Below, in pieces: positions 35,213-51,800 of a stretch of 64,000 nt of DNA (the stretch's first letter is position 1; each line of letters begins with the position of its first letter). The stretch lies in assembly GCA_012295275.1 (NCBI GenBank), contig CM022671.1:28892001-28956000 (forward strand), in the 5' to 3' direction. Both the position numbers and the translations under genes were made by a program. The notes beneath the pieces were generated by a model. The model made no database searches. It was given only the letters and a program-made list of their open reading frames with translations, and was not told where the DNA came from. The stretch comes from Chrysomallon squamiferum (Eukaryota; Animalia; Mollusca).

Positions 35213-36591
35213 TTGCAATGATGATGTTCGAGAGATAAAACGCGCCGCCACCATTTCGAGCATTACTTTTATTAATTGCAGCAAAATATCTTTTATTTGC
35301 ATGTTCTGCAAAAAAGGAAAGCATATCTTGTATCATTCGAAAATGTATTTAAAAACTTCTTTATATAATTTTAAGTTAATCAGTTTAATCATTACAAGTC
35401 AGAGATATTTAATAACTTTCCTTTCATTATCATTATCATTATTATATTTTTTCTTTATCATTATTATACTTTTATATCTATTACATTTATTATTATTATT
35501 ATTATTGTTATTATTATTATTACATCTATTATTTTTATTATTATCATCATTATTATTATTATTACATCTGTTATTATTATTATTACTATTATTATCATCA
35601 TAACCATCATCATTACATAAGTGATATCATTCTGTCTTCCCAATTCCATAACGAGTCATTTAAAGCAATATAATCATATATAACTAAAAACCAAACCTTT
35701 TAGCGGTATCCAAATCATGAATAGTCCAGACGTATAGCTTCCAGTTATAAGAAGGTTCCTGAAAAGCCAGGGAGACAATAAAACAAGCAGTCAAGATATT
35801 TGTCACAAGTGAACCGCGACGGATTTTTAATTTTGATAGTTAATCATTCGACTGTAGATGTCGCTACATCATTGTCTCGCGCCCTGGCTGACGTTAGTTG
35901 GCGGTCATCTCTGATGTAACAGTGGCAGTGTATACATGTGTATGTGTGTGTATGTATGTATGTATGTATGTATGTATGTATGTATATACAGGGCACATAC
36001 TATAATAGATTGTGGACCTCCCAGACGCACTGGTGACGCACGGGAAAATACTAAATCCATGGTGACGTCTATTCGCTCTGAACTGTTCACCTACCACTTT
36101 CTGCGACTGAAGTTTACCAGGAAAAATACGTCCGATGGTTCCCAGGATCTCTCCTCTTTAATGCGCGCAAATAGACTAAATGTCTCAAACTTAGCTAATC
36201 GAAGATAGGAGTATATATTATTTTCGTTTCTAAATTTTATAAGTAAAAGTGTAAACAAAAGAATCTGGTAACATGCGAACGTGGAAACAGCGCTTCTTTT
36301 CCTATAATCTTAATTATAAAATAAAATAATAATAATAATAATACAACTTATTTGATCATTTGGTGTATTTCGCCATGTTTAGGGGTTTTGGTTGTTGTTT
36401 TCTTTGTTGAGTTTTTGTGCTATTGCCATACTGTTTTGCTAGATTCATTTATTTATTTACTATTATTATTATTATTATTTAATTATTTGTTTGTCAACTT
36501 TTTGTTTAATTTTTATTTTTAATTTTTTTCTTTGATTTTATTTCATTTATGTTTTTTAATTTTAATTGTTTTTTTTTTATTTCATTTATTT

Positions 36592-36626
<35 letters not shown>

Positions 36627-36908
36627 TAATACTTTCTTGGATTTAATCTTGTATGGCATTATTAACTAGCTGTTTTTATTATTATTATCATCATAATCAT
36701 CATCATCATCAACATCAATTCATCATCATCATTGTTTTGGTGTACGCTATGTAATTGATGTTTATCCATCAGTTAAAATATTAATTATCTCTAATGTTTT
36801 GAAAACAAAACAAAACGAAAGAAATACTCCCAAAACCACCCAATAATAATTATAAAAAATTAACAAACATACTAAAAAAACCCACTGAATTAACAGAGGC
36901 CATTTATA

Positions 36909-36960
<52 letters not shown>

Positions 36961-37978
36961 TTCCATTAATATTTTTATTTTCAGCTACAACTGTTGGTTA
37001 TAATGTATGGAATAAGATAAGTAAGTATTTTATCTTTTTAACTAAAGACGCCCGTTTTCGGGTTAAAATGTAATAAATTTACTGAACGAATATTTCCGGT
37101 CATTAGCCTATGGTTTCTTTTAAATAATGTTATGTGATTTTTATGATTGCTTTAAGGCAACATTGCTTGTAACAGACTAATAATTTTAGTTGTCCTAGAC
37201 TTAATAAGGAATAGACATCTCACACTAGATTTTATTGTGCAGTTAGATATTTCTATAATTTTATTTTAGTAAAATGAAACCGTGTAAACTATAAAGACAT
37301 TATTACGATGTCAGATTATACATATAACATTTACATGACGTCATCAACTAAGTAGAATTAATTTAGATTGTCTCCATCGAATTATTATTATTATTAGAAT
37401 TCTTTTAAAAAAAATCAGATATGAGTTATTATTCATTTACAGATATGTTACCAACGAACTTGTAATGTAATGTTGTTGTTTTATATATATATATATATAT
37501 ATATATTATTTTTGATTATTATTTGTACAACTTCTTTTTCTTTATGTTTTGTTGACTTTCTTGTTGTTTTTGTTTTGTTTTGATTTTGGATTTTTAAGGT
37601 GCGTTACTTTTCATTTCCCATTACTCATACTTTAAATAGGACGAAGTAAATCCGGACATGATTAATTGGCTTGTTCGGGTACGATCGGGTATATCATAAC
37701 ACCAAAACAATGCATGTGCTTATTCCCTAAACCGATAGGCAGAGTACTCGCGAGTTTTCGGCTCGCATGGTCATAATGAAAATAGTGTAGATATATTTAG
37801 TAATGCAGAGGGGAAATCGGAACTTGTTATAGATTTACGAACAGATTAACTGAAAAGGAATCAAATGATTAATTCCAAAGCGAAAAAATACATCTCAGAG
37901 TGAGTTATTTCCTATACATTTCAGTTAGTGCCCTTGGAATGATCTGTCAAAGCTATGGTATGTGTATTCCTGTGAATA

Positions 37979-38030
<52 letters not shown>

Positions 38031-38095
38031 ATATGTGTGGGTGGGTGTGTGTGTGTGTATGTATGTATATATATATATATATATATATATGTACT

Positions 38096-38162
<67 letters not shown>

Positions 38163-39360
38163 GTATATGTATGTATGTATATATATATATGTGTGTGTGT
38201 ATAAATATATATGTAGAGAGAGACACACATACACAGTAAGCTTTTGTTGATTGATTTGGCTAATTTGGTGTTTATGTCATTTCAAAACATTACTTTTAAC
38301 AGGAAAAAAAAAGGTGTAGGAAATGGCAGTCGAAATCTAATAAAGTTAAATAAAGCAACATAATTAATTCGTTTAGCATTGCCTTTTTGTATTAGCCTAA
38401 TAATAATAATAATAACAACAACAACAATAAATAAATAAAACATTTGATATGATTCGTTTAAAGATCATATCAATGCTATCAGTCCATTATACAATGTGAA
38501 AATTTCGAAATCATCAACCCTTATTATTTTAAGAAATAAAACACTGGTAGTTTAAGACGTACACTTCTTTAATTTCTTTTAGATTCCCCTCTTCGCGCGA
38601 CTTAAGAGGTATAATATGATATATGTATTTAATTCTTTCGCTGATAACAATACTTGAAGTGCGTGCTCGTTGCTTGCGTTAACAAACGGCACAATCGGCG
38701 AATACCGGTGTTAACAACAGTCATGAACAAAAGATATATCCTGTACAGTAGCCCGGATAATCTTGCTGCCATGGTGAGGGCGTCCCAAAATATCGGTGTA
38801 CAGTTAAATAAGTTCCTTATCCAATAAATACCCCACTTAATGATTAGACTCATAAAACGATATAACATTTACATATCTCTGTTTAATTTCATTTAGTTAC
38901 TGACAAATTATTTTTAAAATTACTATATATTTACTTTCTTTATATTGTTCCATTGTTGTAATTCGGTAGAAAATAAAACATGGTATTTACCAACAAAACT
39001 TATTTGGTGTTGATTCATTTTTTTTTAAATTATTTTTATTATCATATATGTATTTTTTATTATTATTATTATTCATATTTTACTTTATTTAACAACAACC
39101 ACAATAATGCAACATTTACCATTTATACAGGTATCAGCTTAATATTAGATATAGTTATTTGTAATGATTTGTTGCTAAACGTAATAAGTCCCAATAACAT
39201 AAAAGTATGCTAGACACTTTCCTTTTGTCTTGATGCCTTGTTTTGGTAACAAAAGTATTTGATATTAAAGATATTTCGTCTGTCAACAATATTACAGACA
39301 GTCTCTTTCCAGTCTTTACTTTCGCACCCACCATTGTAAGTGCACGTTCGGAGATAAGGA

Positions 39361-39409
<49 letters not shown>

Positions 39410-40385
39410 TATTGTTGTTGTAGTTAGCATGAATAGTAATTGGAGTAGTAATTCTAATAACAGCATTACTAGTAGTTAATCTGGATAGAGAAGGAAAGAT
39501 ATAAAGAATTAAAAGATCCACATTATAATGTATACATTTCAAAAATATTTTTAATATTAACAAATTAAAAGAACAGATATATATATATATATATTAATAT
39601 TTTACATAGAAAAATAAACATATCATCTTATTTGATAAAGCGGTAAGAAAAATGCCTACTTGTTTAAAAATTTCCCTATGACGTATGCATATCCTCACGG
39701 GGTGAATGTTATCGGTAACAGAATGTAACTGCACCGGCTGTTGCAAACTGATAGGCAGACGACTTTTATCGAAGTTAGCCATGAAAATTTTATTTTTTCG
39801 TTAACAACACAGGTTTGTTGAAGTTTTAAAACAAACTTTACGATTCTCTTTCAGCGCCGCTGTGACACCTGTTGGATATAGTTCGATTTTTTATTTGCCT
39901 TTCTATTTCTAATCGACCGATCGATTCGCTTTCGGTTTAGTAAGGTACTGTAGTTCTGTAAAATGTTGATGCAACGGATCTACGCGTTAGTTTCTAAACA
40001 AGCTTAGGCTGTGTGATATATTACTGTTTATTGTTATTGTTAGTTGATCAAATGCAGTTACAGATTTAAAGCAAATGTAAAATATAAAAATAAACAAATA
40101 TCGATGACACTAATTTTTTGAGATGAATCAACTTAAAACTTTGAATAGCCTATGTATCAATAATAATAATAATATCAACAAAAAGGATTAGAATAATTAT
40201 ATATTTTAAAATGTTTGTTCCACCTTACTAGGCAGATTATTTTAAAATTATATTTATTTATTTATTTATTTATTTAGTTATATTGTTTTTAAAAAAGGGT
40301 AAATTATTGTCTAATTTTATGAATTATGAATTATTTGAAATTTAGGTTTTGGTACAGCTTTCATTTACTTTTCACAGACTGACAC

Positions 40386-40422
<37 letters not shown>

Positions 40423-40614
40423 CTCAGCACAGTGCATCGTATTTCTGTACATTATACATACTTTTTGTTTATTGGCAAGCTGATCTCATTTTATTCTTTG
40501 TAAATATTTGATTAAGATATATGATCATTTCTTGGACTCAATTTGTAATAATTTTTAAGTTCCACTTAAATGTTGTTTTTTTATTTTAGTATTTGATACC
40601 GTCATAATCCAATA

Positions 40615-42272
40615 ATGTCAACCACAGTGTTCCACACTCCGGGGCTAAACCATCATTCTACGCCCTGCCCTCGGTCTGCCACCCCAGAAGATATTGACAA
40701 AGCATTTAGGCGGTATGTTATTTTATTACAATCTTTTTTTCAATTTTTCATTAATTTAAACTGTTTGCTTACTTTAAAAATTAAAAACTAATTTAAAAAA
40801 AAGAAAGTAAGAAAGAAAAACACAAGTAGATGACTGTTATTAATATTTCTCTGGCTGTATCTTTGTGAGTACAAATCTACAATGTCACCTTATTTGTCAC
40901 TTTCATTATGATGGTGTTATTTTTTATTTTTGTGTTTTAAACAGGCTATATGGAATATGTCACCATTACACTATTATATTGTGATACCAGTGAATAACAA
41001 GCATTTATGAAGTGTGAACAAATGTAGAGTTCTAAAATTATCAAATTTGGAGACAAGTCTATGTAGAATTATAAATCTAAAATAATAATAAAAATAACAA
41101 CAAAGACAACAACAATAATAATCAGTCATAACAATTTAAACTGTTGTGCAAACCTACATTTTACAATCATTATTAATATCGAGAACTTAAGATCCACTCC
41201 TGTCCAGATCAGCTAATGTTAATATCCACATGCATGACACAGACTATGCATCTCTTTGTGTTATGTGTTTTAATGTTTCATACATTTATCTGTTAAATGT
41301 AGTGTATGTATATTTATACATAATAGTATCCACATGTCTACATAACTGGGTAAATTTTAAAAATATCTTTGTAAATAAGTGACTTCTGTGATGATTGGTA
41401 CACAAAAACTATTTAATTCAAAAGTTAATTTCTAATAATTTATTAAAAAATTTGTAATGTTTTTCCCTTATTTTTATTTATTTTTTATTAATTGTATTAT
41501 TTTATGAAATATGTTTTATACATTTATTTATTTATAATTTGAAAGAGTGTAAATACTGAATATTACTTAACAGAGCATTCAGTCTGTACTTATCATGTAA
41601 CATATTTTTAGACAGCATATCGATATGATCATTTTTGCACCACAGTGAGATCCATTGAAACTTGTTTTCTGTAATCTAATATTTCAAATATTGCATTTAG
41701 CATACAGTGAGACCTGTTTACTTAACACCAGTGAGAATCTATTGCATGTTCTCATAGATAAAAACTATAACAGATCTTTTTTATTTTTTATTTTTTGTTA
41801 CTAAACATATCTGGTCAAAAGTTTAGTGTCCAGTGCTGGAATTGGACTTGGGTTATATTCAAAGCTGTATAATAGTTGAAGCCCATTTTAGAACAAATTT
41901 GCTGTATTTGCTCCAGTATTTATACAAATTTTGCATTGTACTCATTTTTATTATTATTTTTTATTTATTTTTCATTATTTGTTTGAGGACACTGCATATT
42001 GTGAATCCTTAAGCTGTGGTTTGTTTAGCTTATGCCTGTCACATTCATCTTTCATATGATTTATTAAAGTGTATCTTTGAATCCATAAAGACAGTTAAAT
42101 GCATTTTGTTTTCTTTCAGAATGTTCTGTTTGTTCCTTTTGAATAAACTTTGCTAAAAGTATGACTACAATAACTAGTTGGCATAAATGCATGGAGGCTG
42201 ATGTTTTCATGTGTATGTTCCATAGAACAAAAAAAAAAAAAAAAAATTATATAAAAAATAAAACCACCTTTA

Positions 42273-42356
<84 letters not shown>

Positions 42357-43553
42357 CCATCATTATCATGAAGCTGTTTTTAAATATTGATCAGAATATT
42401 GTCTTTTTCCACCTTTTGAAATGTGTTAAAAACTAAAATAGAATTATAACTCTTGGATAAATAGAAATGCCTGCAGATTATGAAAGTTAATTTCTAAAGA
42501 CTTGTATGGAATGCTGAATTTTCATTATTTCTGTATAACAAATGAATCTGATTTTTCTCCATGAAAACAAAACACATATTTATCCACATGATCATAAATC
42601 CTTGTAGTTACACAGATGAGAACTATGAGGCCATATCAGACATAAAAGATGGATGATTTGTTAATGTTTAATGAATATGCTAGGAAAAACAGTCTGTCTC
42701 TGCTGGCAACATGACTAATAGACTTTAGTTCCATCTAACCAGCTTTTTTTTTCTTACTTTTTTTTTAACATTCTGACATCTGATAACTGCATTGATTGTT
42801 CCCAGGCAGAAATAATTATCTTGCTGAATACAAGAAAAAAAAAAAAAAAAACATGAGGAGATTAGATATTTTATACAGTTCTGCATGGTATTTACCTGTA
42901 GTTGAGAGATATATTTGAAGACGACCAGTAAAAAAGATCAATAAAATAACCAAGAGTATCTGCGAACAGTTTTGTTTTTGATATCTCTCTGTCTGTCTGT
43001 CTTTCTGTTTTTGGCAAAGCTATAATAGATCTTGTGTGAGGACATTGATAAATTGTCATTGCCAGAACAGATTGCTTGAAGTGGAAGATTGCTAATTAAT
43101 ACCATGGTGGAATAAATTGCAGGATGTTTGGAGTATTTTGCCCAGTGTTGCTTTTGTGTTTGCCGAGTAGACAGAGTATTGGTGTTGATATAATTGCTGT
43201 GTGTGTGTCGTAAAAATCAAACAAACACTAGCTTTGCAGGAAGCCACAATGTTATGCAGGAAATTGCTTTTTTGTCATATGCTGTTTTGTTTAAGACAGA
43301 TGTGTTGAAAGTAAATTGTTTTTACTGGGTTTATTTTAAAGTTGTGTTGCTGTCATGTTTTATGCAAAGTGCCTTAAAAAAGGTAGCAAGGAAAGGAAAG
43401 AAGGTGATACAATGTTACGGTGAGTGGTTGTTGTGAAGTATTTGACTAATATACACATATGTATCTTCATTTTCTTTCTTTTTTCAGATTGACTAAATAA
43501 ATTAATAATCTTTATAAATAAATAAATAAATCTAATACTCTTAGTAAAACTCT

Positions 43554-43593
<40 letters not shown>

Positions 43594-44043
43594 TTAAAAA
43601 CCCTAAAGATAAATAATATAAGAAAGAAAGAAAGTCACATCGAAACATAAAAATATTTTAAAAATAAAATAGTTAAATAAATAAGTTTATTATAGTTAAT
43701 AAAATCAATAATGTAAATGGAAGTTATTTTCTAAATATGTTCTGAAATATACTTTTAAGAATATATGTTTATAGCTTTATTAATAATCATTCTATAAAAA
43801 ACACACTACAAACACAATGTAATTGAAATAAAGGTATTATGTATGAACTGTGTTTATTTATGCATATAGCATGAACGTGTCTAGTGAAATTTATACTATT
43901 GTATTCATATTGGAGTTGTAAATAGCTGGAAAATATATATGTGTATATATATATATATAGATAGATATAGACAGTTCTGTGTGTGTAAAATATTTATTGA
44001 ATTTTTATTTATTTTCTTTTTTCTTTTTTTTTAAATAATAATA

Positions 44044-44120
<77 letters not shown>

Positions 44121-44570
44121 TTTAATAATATATATTTCAAAATTTAAAAAAGAATAAATAAATAAACTAAATTGAGCAAATACTAGTTGATTTATAGCAT
44201 TGTTAGCTGAACTGTTCTTGTAATAAAAAATATATAAATAGAAATGTTCATTTGACATGATAAGAGACTTTCATGTCATTAGCTACATGTTCATTTTAAA
44301 AGTACAGAACATTTTTCACTTGTTTATTGCCTGGTGACTAGGCAAACTTTGATTGTGTTTTGTAAACCAGTATGTACAACTATCTGTATACTGAAAAAGA
44401 TTAGTATCTGTACCTTATCTATCCCACTCTTAACAGATATTTCATTTTTTATTTGAACATTTCTGTCTTTTAATACTAGTTACAGTCAGGAATTGCATAT
44501 AGGCCATTCCTAAGGTGCATGATTCTCACTTAAATATAATTCATATATAATTATTAATAACCATAAACCA

Positions 44571-44605
<35 letters not shown>

Positions 44606-45661
44606 ATTTATTTATTTATTTATTACTATTATTAATTTTGTTTATTTATTTATTTATTTATTTACTTCTTTTATAAAAAAAAAAAAAATTGTTGTGATTC
44701 TTTTCTTTTTTTTTGCTAGGTGTTGTTAATCATTAGTGCGGATGTTTATTTCTTTATTTTAATTTTAAAATGATCTATATCTTGCAGACCATCTTTCAAT
44801 GGAACTGGGTGGCCAAAAGACAGCCCAATTGCCAAGACATATGATGTCAGCAACAGCACCACTCAAATGATCCTGCTCAACAATAAATTAAAGGTAGAGT
44901 CCATATGATATTTAAAATGCTAATGCAACATTTTCTCTAAAAGCAGTGGAAACACAACAAACAATAAATATGATGATGATAGTACATGTAATAATAATAA
45001 TAATATTATTTAATAGATAATAACATTAAATATCAGATGCCAAATAGATCTTTGTATTTATTGGTGTACATTATATGATAAAATAAATATTATTATTTAT
45101 TTATTTCTCACATTTTTGTTGTATATTTATGTATTTAATATGTTTAAATTTTGTTTTTAGAAGTGAATTGTTTTATTTATTTTTTATTCTTAAATAAATC
45201 AGTGTTGTTTTATTTTGTCTTTTATCTTTTTCTTTTTCTTAATTAATTTTGTATTTTTTATACTTATGGCTAATTTTTTAATTTAAAAAAAAATATATTT
45301 TTATTTTTCAGGCACCAAGACTGAGAGGTTATAAGAGCAGTTCTGGATCAATCAGGTAAAGATCATTTTAAAAACTCATGCATCACAGATATTTTCTTAA
45401 ATCTTTGTATTTTGAATTTTGGTAATAAATGTTTCTAGGTATATTTTACTTAGATGACTTAAGGCATTATTGCAAGCTAATTAGCTCATTTCCCTTTACA
45501 AACAATGCTCCAATTTTAACAGTTAAAATGCATAAAGTTAAAAATATAACTTTATTATTATTATTATCAAGACTAAACAGAATAGTCCACCATCTTTTTT
45601 ATTTTTTATTTTTTATTTTTTTTTTATTTTTTTGTATTTAAAAGCAGGTCATTCTTATAGG

Positions 45662-45711
<50 letters not shown>

Positions 45712-46512
45712 GTTTTGTTTTTTTTTCTTTTTAAGTATATTTCTATTCCATTTACACAGACAAACCTGCAAATTTTCTAAATTTTATATCCATATATATT
45801 TTTTTTTTTTGTACTTCCAAAAGGTTTTAAAATATTTCTTTTCCTTTTGAATCTGAAAATCTAAGAAATCATTTTTCTGAGGATATTTGTTTGCATTCTG
45901 TGTTAGTGAACAAAGATCTGCATTTTACTTTTAAAGTAAGCAGTTCTAAACACTGGCTTGTGTGATTAGCCTGCCTTGTGTAATTAGTTTATTAGAATGA
46001 GATTTTTGTTTTCAAACAGTATCACTAACAAGAAGATGCACTTGAATTTATCTGTTAATAAAAGGTTATCTGATATGAAATTTTTTTAAATGGAAAAATA
46101 TTGGCCTGCAGAAAAGTACTCTTTATTCTGATTAGAATTTTATTTATTTATTTAAATATTTGTTATTTATTTTTTAAGTTATTTCTTTTGCAGAGTGCAT
46201 GTAAAATGTTATAAAAATAAAAAATAAAAATAAAAGAAATGTTAGACAATTTAAATCTTGTTTAATTAAAGTACAGATGTTTATTATTTATAAGAAATGT
46301 ATACCTGTGCTTTTTTTATACAATGGAACACTGTGATGCCTCTGAGCAGATATCATTAATGACAATGTATTAAAGTTATTTGTCTGAAATATGACTAGTC
46401 CCATTAATAGTGATATAAGATGCAATATTTTGAGATTTTTATAAAACAAATAATTTTTTTATTATTATTTTTTTTAATGTTATCTCAATTATTATTATTA
46501 TTATTGTTATTA

Positions 46513-46558
<46 letters not shown>

Positions 46559-48588
46559 CCTCTAGCAAAACTGCTATATGTACATTTCCACTGTCACTGA
46601 TACTCGTTACAGCTGAAAATAAGTACAATATACATTCATCAACCATGAAATAAAATGACAGACATGCCCTGCTTTTTTTCGCTATTAGTGTGCAGAGGTG
46701 CATTTTCTGGGCAACCAATCACAAACTTTGACCTTTTGTTTCAACATTTATCATTTGGAAGCTTTGTCAAATGACAGTTTGTTATTATTGAAACATTTTA
46801 TCTCTTCTAAGATAATATCACATAATCATATCTTATTCAAGAATCTGATAAAATACAAAGCTTATCTGGTATTAAATTTATTGTGCATACCTAAATATGA
46901 AGATATTGTTCTCACAAACATATTTACATTATATTACATAATCTATAGTCATTTATTTATTTTATTTTTTATTTTTTTTAAGTGAATGTAGATTCATATC
47001 TATTCATTGTAACAGTTATACGAATTCCCAATGGAAATAGCACACAATGGCTTCTCATAAACCAGACATCAACCAGTGAATTATCAAAGTTTACATATTT
47101 GCTTTCCTGTCAGTGGGAAGACAAATATAAAGTATCCATTGGTGCTAACTGAAATAGTATTAAAGACACATGCACATCAATTATATTAAGGTTTTCTCTG
47201 TCTCATTATCTCTATGTCCTTAACCATATTTATGTATGATGTATTATGCCTGAAGATTAAAAATGTATTGACTGTGTTGATAAATAAAACAATTCTTCCT
47301 TGTAGACTGATCTGCAACTTAAAGGGCAATCTACCTCAAAAACAAAAACTAAAAAATCTAGAAAATTATTTATTCGAAAAGATATTATCAAAATGTTATG
47401 AGTGAATGCATTTAACATAATTAATTAATTTTATAAATAATCAGGACAGTTACAATATTGATTTATTTATTTATTATACATGTATTTTCGAGTTTTGGAA
47501 ACATACCTGAGAAAAATGTATTCTAAATTATTGTCTAATTCATTTTAAACCAAATTCAGGATGACAAGGTTGCAGTTATGTTTGTTGCAATCACACCTTG
47601 ATTATTTCTGTTGATGTTCACTCAATTCATTCATAAAATTATTCACATGTATAAAATAAAGAAAAAACAAAATAATGATTAAAATAAGCACAAAGATCAC
47701 ACACCAAAATAGGATCTAATAATTACCACTGTTAAGTTAATAGAAAATAGAAACAGACTATAGCCTTATCTTCTGTTATTTGAAACTGAAAGTGGGCACC
47801 TTGGGAATAAACAGATAAATCACCCATTTCTCATAATTGATTCATTTTGTTTTATTGCACATTTTGTATGGATAGATGTAATTACTAAATGATCAGTCAC
47901 AGCATGTGAACATTGTGATATTTGTGATACTTACTGTTGGATTGTTAAATGTTTACAATAATTGGAGATACTTCGAGAATTTTTGTAAGTGAAGGGCATA
48001 GGTTCAAAACAGAGAACATTTCATAAAACGGTGTTTATACTCAGCAAGAAAAGAGTTTTTATTCAGAATTTAAAAAAAAATTAAACCTCAAAAAAAAAAG
48101 GGCATAGGTTCAAAACAGAGAACATTTCATAAAACGGTGTTTATACTCAGCAAGAAAAGAGTTTTTATTCAGAATTTAAAAAAAAATTAAACCTCAAAAA
48201 AAAAAAAAATGTCTTTCTATATTTAATACTGTTAATTGTGGCCTTTTGAACAATAAAATATACCCCATGTTAACCCCCTTAATCTGCAGTTGACTGTATT
48301 GATTCAAAATGACCAATTTCTGTAAATTAATTTTTAAATTTATTTCTATTAACCTTTCTTGTTGATTCTGGAAACAGACTTATTTTTGTATTAATATATG
48401 ATTCTTATTTACTGATTTACATTTATAATTTTGTATGAAATGTTGTATTCTTGTAATATTTTTCAGTCATCCAGATCCTAACAGACATCTAGCAGGTATG
48501 AATTATAATATTTAATGCTCATTGGTTAATACATATTGATATTAGTTTAATCAGCTTTTTCTCTACTTGTGAATTAGTATACAATTTG

Positions 48589-48638
<50 letters not shown>

Positions 48639-48763
48639 TACTACTCTTACTAAAACATCAAAAATATTTCAGATTTTACTTTAATGTAAAAATAATGTTT
48701 ATTATTTTCTTTTCAAAATATCAGTAATAGCATTTAAATAAACTTTCTTATATGTGTGCACAC

Positions 48764-48815
<52 letters not shown>

Positions 48816-51800
48816 CACACACACACGCACAATATATTATTGCAACTTCAAAGAAATTTTGATTGCAGATCGGATATATGTGTAAACCGTGATGCCCATC
48901 AGAAGTGTTTGAATTCTGAAAGTCCCGTTTTCACACCAGAACCTCCCATTGACCTTGGCTGGGTCAATGCTACAGAGAGACGACCACACATGTCTGGAAG
49001 TATGTTCTGTTGTAATAGTTAGAATCATCAGCTCATTCCTATATATATCTGCTGGTACCAAAAGAAATAAGCACATATTCAAACATTTATATATCCACAT
49101 GTCTGAGGACTGTGTTGCATCCAGTGACACATCTCAAAACTGAATGCCACAAGAGGGAGGCTAGTAAAAAGTGTGGTTTGGAGGCATGTTTGATTAAGCA
49201 ATTAGATATTTGATAAATTACAGCACTAGAGAAAATTATTCAATATTGTGAGAGTGATTATACTGAATGTTCTTTTTCTCTACCTTTTTTTATTTTTTTT
49301 TTATTTTTTTTAAATTTGTGTTTTTGTAAGTAATGAAAATTAAAAGTTCAGTGGTGTGAATTCTGGGTTTTAATGTTTCAATTAAACTTTTCTTTTGTTA
49401 TTTTTTAGGTGGGTCTAGTGTGAACACCACAAGGCACATCTCTTGCAAACCTTTAGATGACAATGTGTTGCTATGGAAACGGCATCGAGCAAGAACCAGA
49501 GTATGCCGATCAGCAGAACTAGTTCGGGACACAGGGTTTATGAATGAGATAGAGAAGATCAGGGAGAAGAATTATTTACTGAGTATTGCCCGAGTCTACA
49601 GTGTCTACAACCTGAAGAAAATTAAACAGAAGCAGTATGCACAAATATTCAGACGTGAACAGAGCAAAGGTATAGATGTTTGATATATATACATACACAA
49701 ATATCAAACACTGGAAAGTAATGACTACATGTCAGCTATTCTTACCTTTAAAGTATGTGTAAACAGATTTTGATAGCATTAAAGAAGCCAGTTCCATGCA
49801 TACTAGATATTGAAAACAGTATATAATATGTATTTTAAGATTTCACCTGGTTACATACATACCACATTTTCATACAGATTTAAAACATTATGCAGAAGAA
49901 ATATTTAAATAGTAAAATAAAAGTCTTCAAACTTTTATCAGTGTAATACAAAAATCCAAGTGCGTTTTTGTTTTGATAATCGTGTTGATGAATGGAAATT
50001 AAAATATATTTATATATCATTTTCACATGCCTGTTATTCTTTATAGGAATGGTTATTGGAGTGTAGAAATGTTTTGTTTGTTTGTTTTTTAGGTGTGTAC
50101 AGACAAGAGCAGTGTGATAGATATGAACAGTATCTCTTTAGTTATCGGAGAACTCAGTCTGGACCGGGAGAATACCGCCGCGTACAATCAGCTTGTGCAG
50201 GAAGAGGCCAAGAATCGAGATATACGTAAGGAATGGATAAGAAAACAAAATGTTGACAAACAAGTGATCATGTTAAAAAGTGAAAAGCAAAATGGTTGGG
50301 GAGGGAATTAAATATATTTAATTTCTTCTTGAAATTGTCTGCAACTAGCAACTAATTTTTTGCAAAACATTATTTCAATAACTTTGTTAGGGTTTGTGTA
50401 TTATCACTAATACATATTTATAAAGATATATATTATACATTTAAAAAAAAAAATTTCTCTAAGGAGTTATCTTGTTTTCTCCTTTTAAAGTTTTGTTACC
50501 AAATATTATATTTTCCAACATATGTATTATTAATCTATATATATATATATATATACATAAAAATCCCAGTTGTCACACTCTTAAGTAATTTTGTGACAAA
50601 AATCATTATGGCAGTTTTGTTGAAAATTATAATAAATTTAATGTTTAACACTAGCAGACTGAAGCACTATTTATAAATATTTATATTTTTGGCAGCAAGA
50701 GTAAGCACAGCAAATCTTCTGAGAGCTTGACCACATTATCAGTGACCAAGAAAAATGTTGAAAATGGATCAGAAAAAAGTCGACCTCAGTCTCGTAAAAG
50801 TGTGTCAAGTAAAACCAAGAAGCGCAGACAGGAGTCAGACGAGAAAGCATCAAAAACATCTAAGACGGGTAAAACTTCGGGAAAAGGTCGTTCCAAAACA
50901 GCCACAGACAAAAACAAGAATAGTTCAGAAGCACAAGTTGACCCCGCTGTTAAAATAACATATGGTTATGGCGAAGTGAAATCCGAGTCTGAAGAGGAGA
51001 AAACAAATGGTACTACAGAAGATTCTGAGCAGGATGGCCTTCCAGCTGCCTTACCTCCACAGCATTACACCTCACCAAGGGAAGGCCACGGACGACCTAT
51101 GTCTCGATTAGGACGAGGTTCCATTGTCAGCAAGGAAGGTAACATCAGTGTGATATAAAAATGTGTATATTTTTTTGAATGGCCATATTGATGAAAAGAA
51201 ATTAAAATTGATGTTGAAACAAAATATTTGAACATTTAATTTAATTATTGATTCATTTCTCTTAAACAATATTAACTATACCATCTATAAAGAAATGCAG
51301 GAATATTATTATACAAGTTGTTGGCCAGATAGCAGATTATTAACAGAATTTCCATATGTCAGATTTCTGATATATGTATGCATAAATCTGCATACAGAAT
51401 TTTAATACTATTTTAATTTTAATTTTATTGATTTAAAAATTGTTTTTATTTGTTTCTTTCAGAAAATGAAGATGAAAATTATAATTCAGATTTTAGTGAT
51501 GACAGTGAGTCAAGTAGAGGATCAGAAAAACATGAGAAAAAGTCGATGGACGTTGAAGTCAAGCCCAGGGAGAAGCCAAAAGGAGAAACCTCAAGTCTAC
51601 AACACTTTGATGACAGAGGTGGTGAAGATCAGAAAAAGAGGACTGAAGAGAATGATGAAAAAACACAGAGTAAGAAATCAGATGATCAGAAAAAAGATGA
51701 ATCATATTCAGATGATCAGAAAAAAGATAAATCCTATTCAGATGATCAGAAAAAAGATGAATCGTATTCAGATGATCAGAAAAAAAATGAATCGTATTCA

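Noticed and set aside
50093-50311. ORF-track translation MCTDKSSVID..
   Set aside because: The flanking exon phases require the other frame (GVYRQEQCDRYEQY..).
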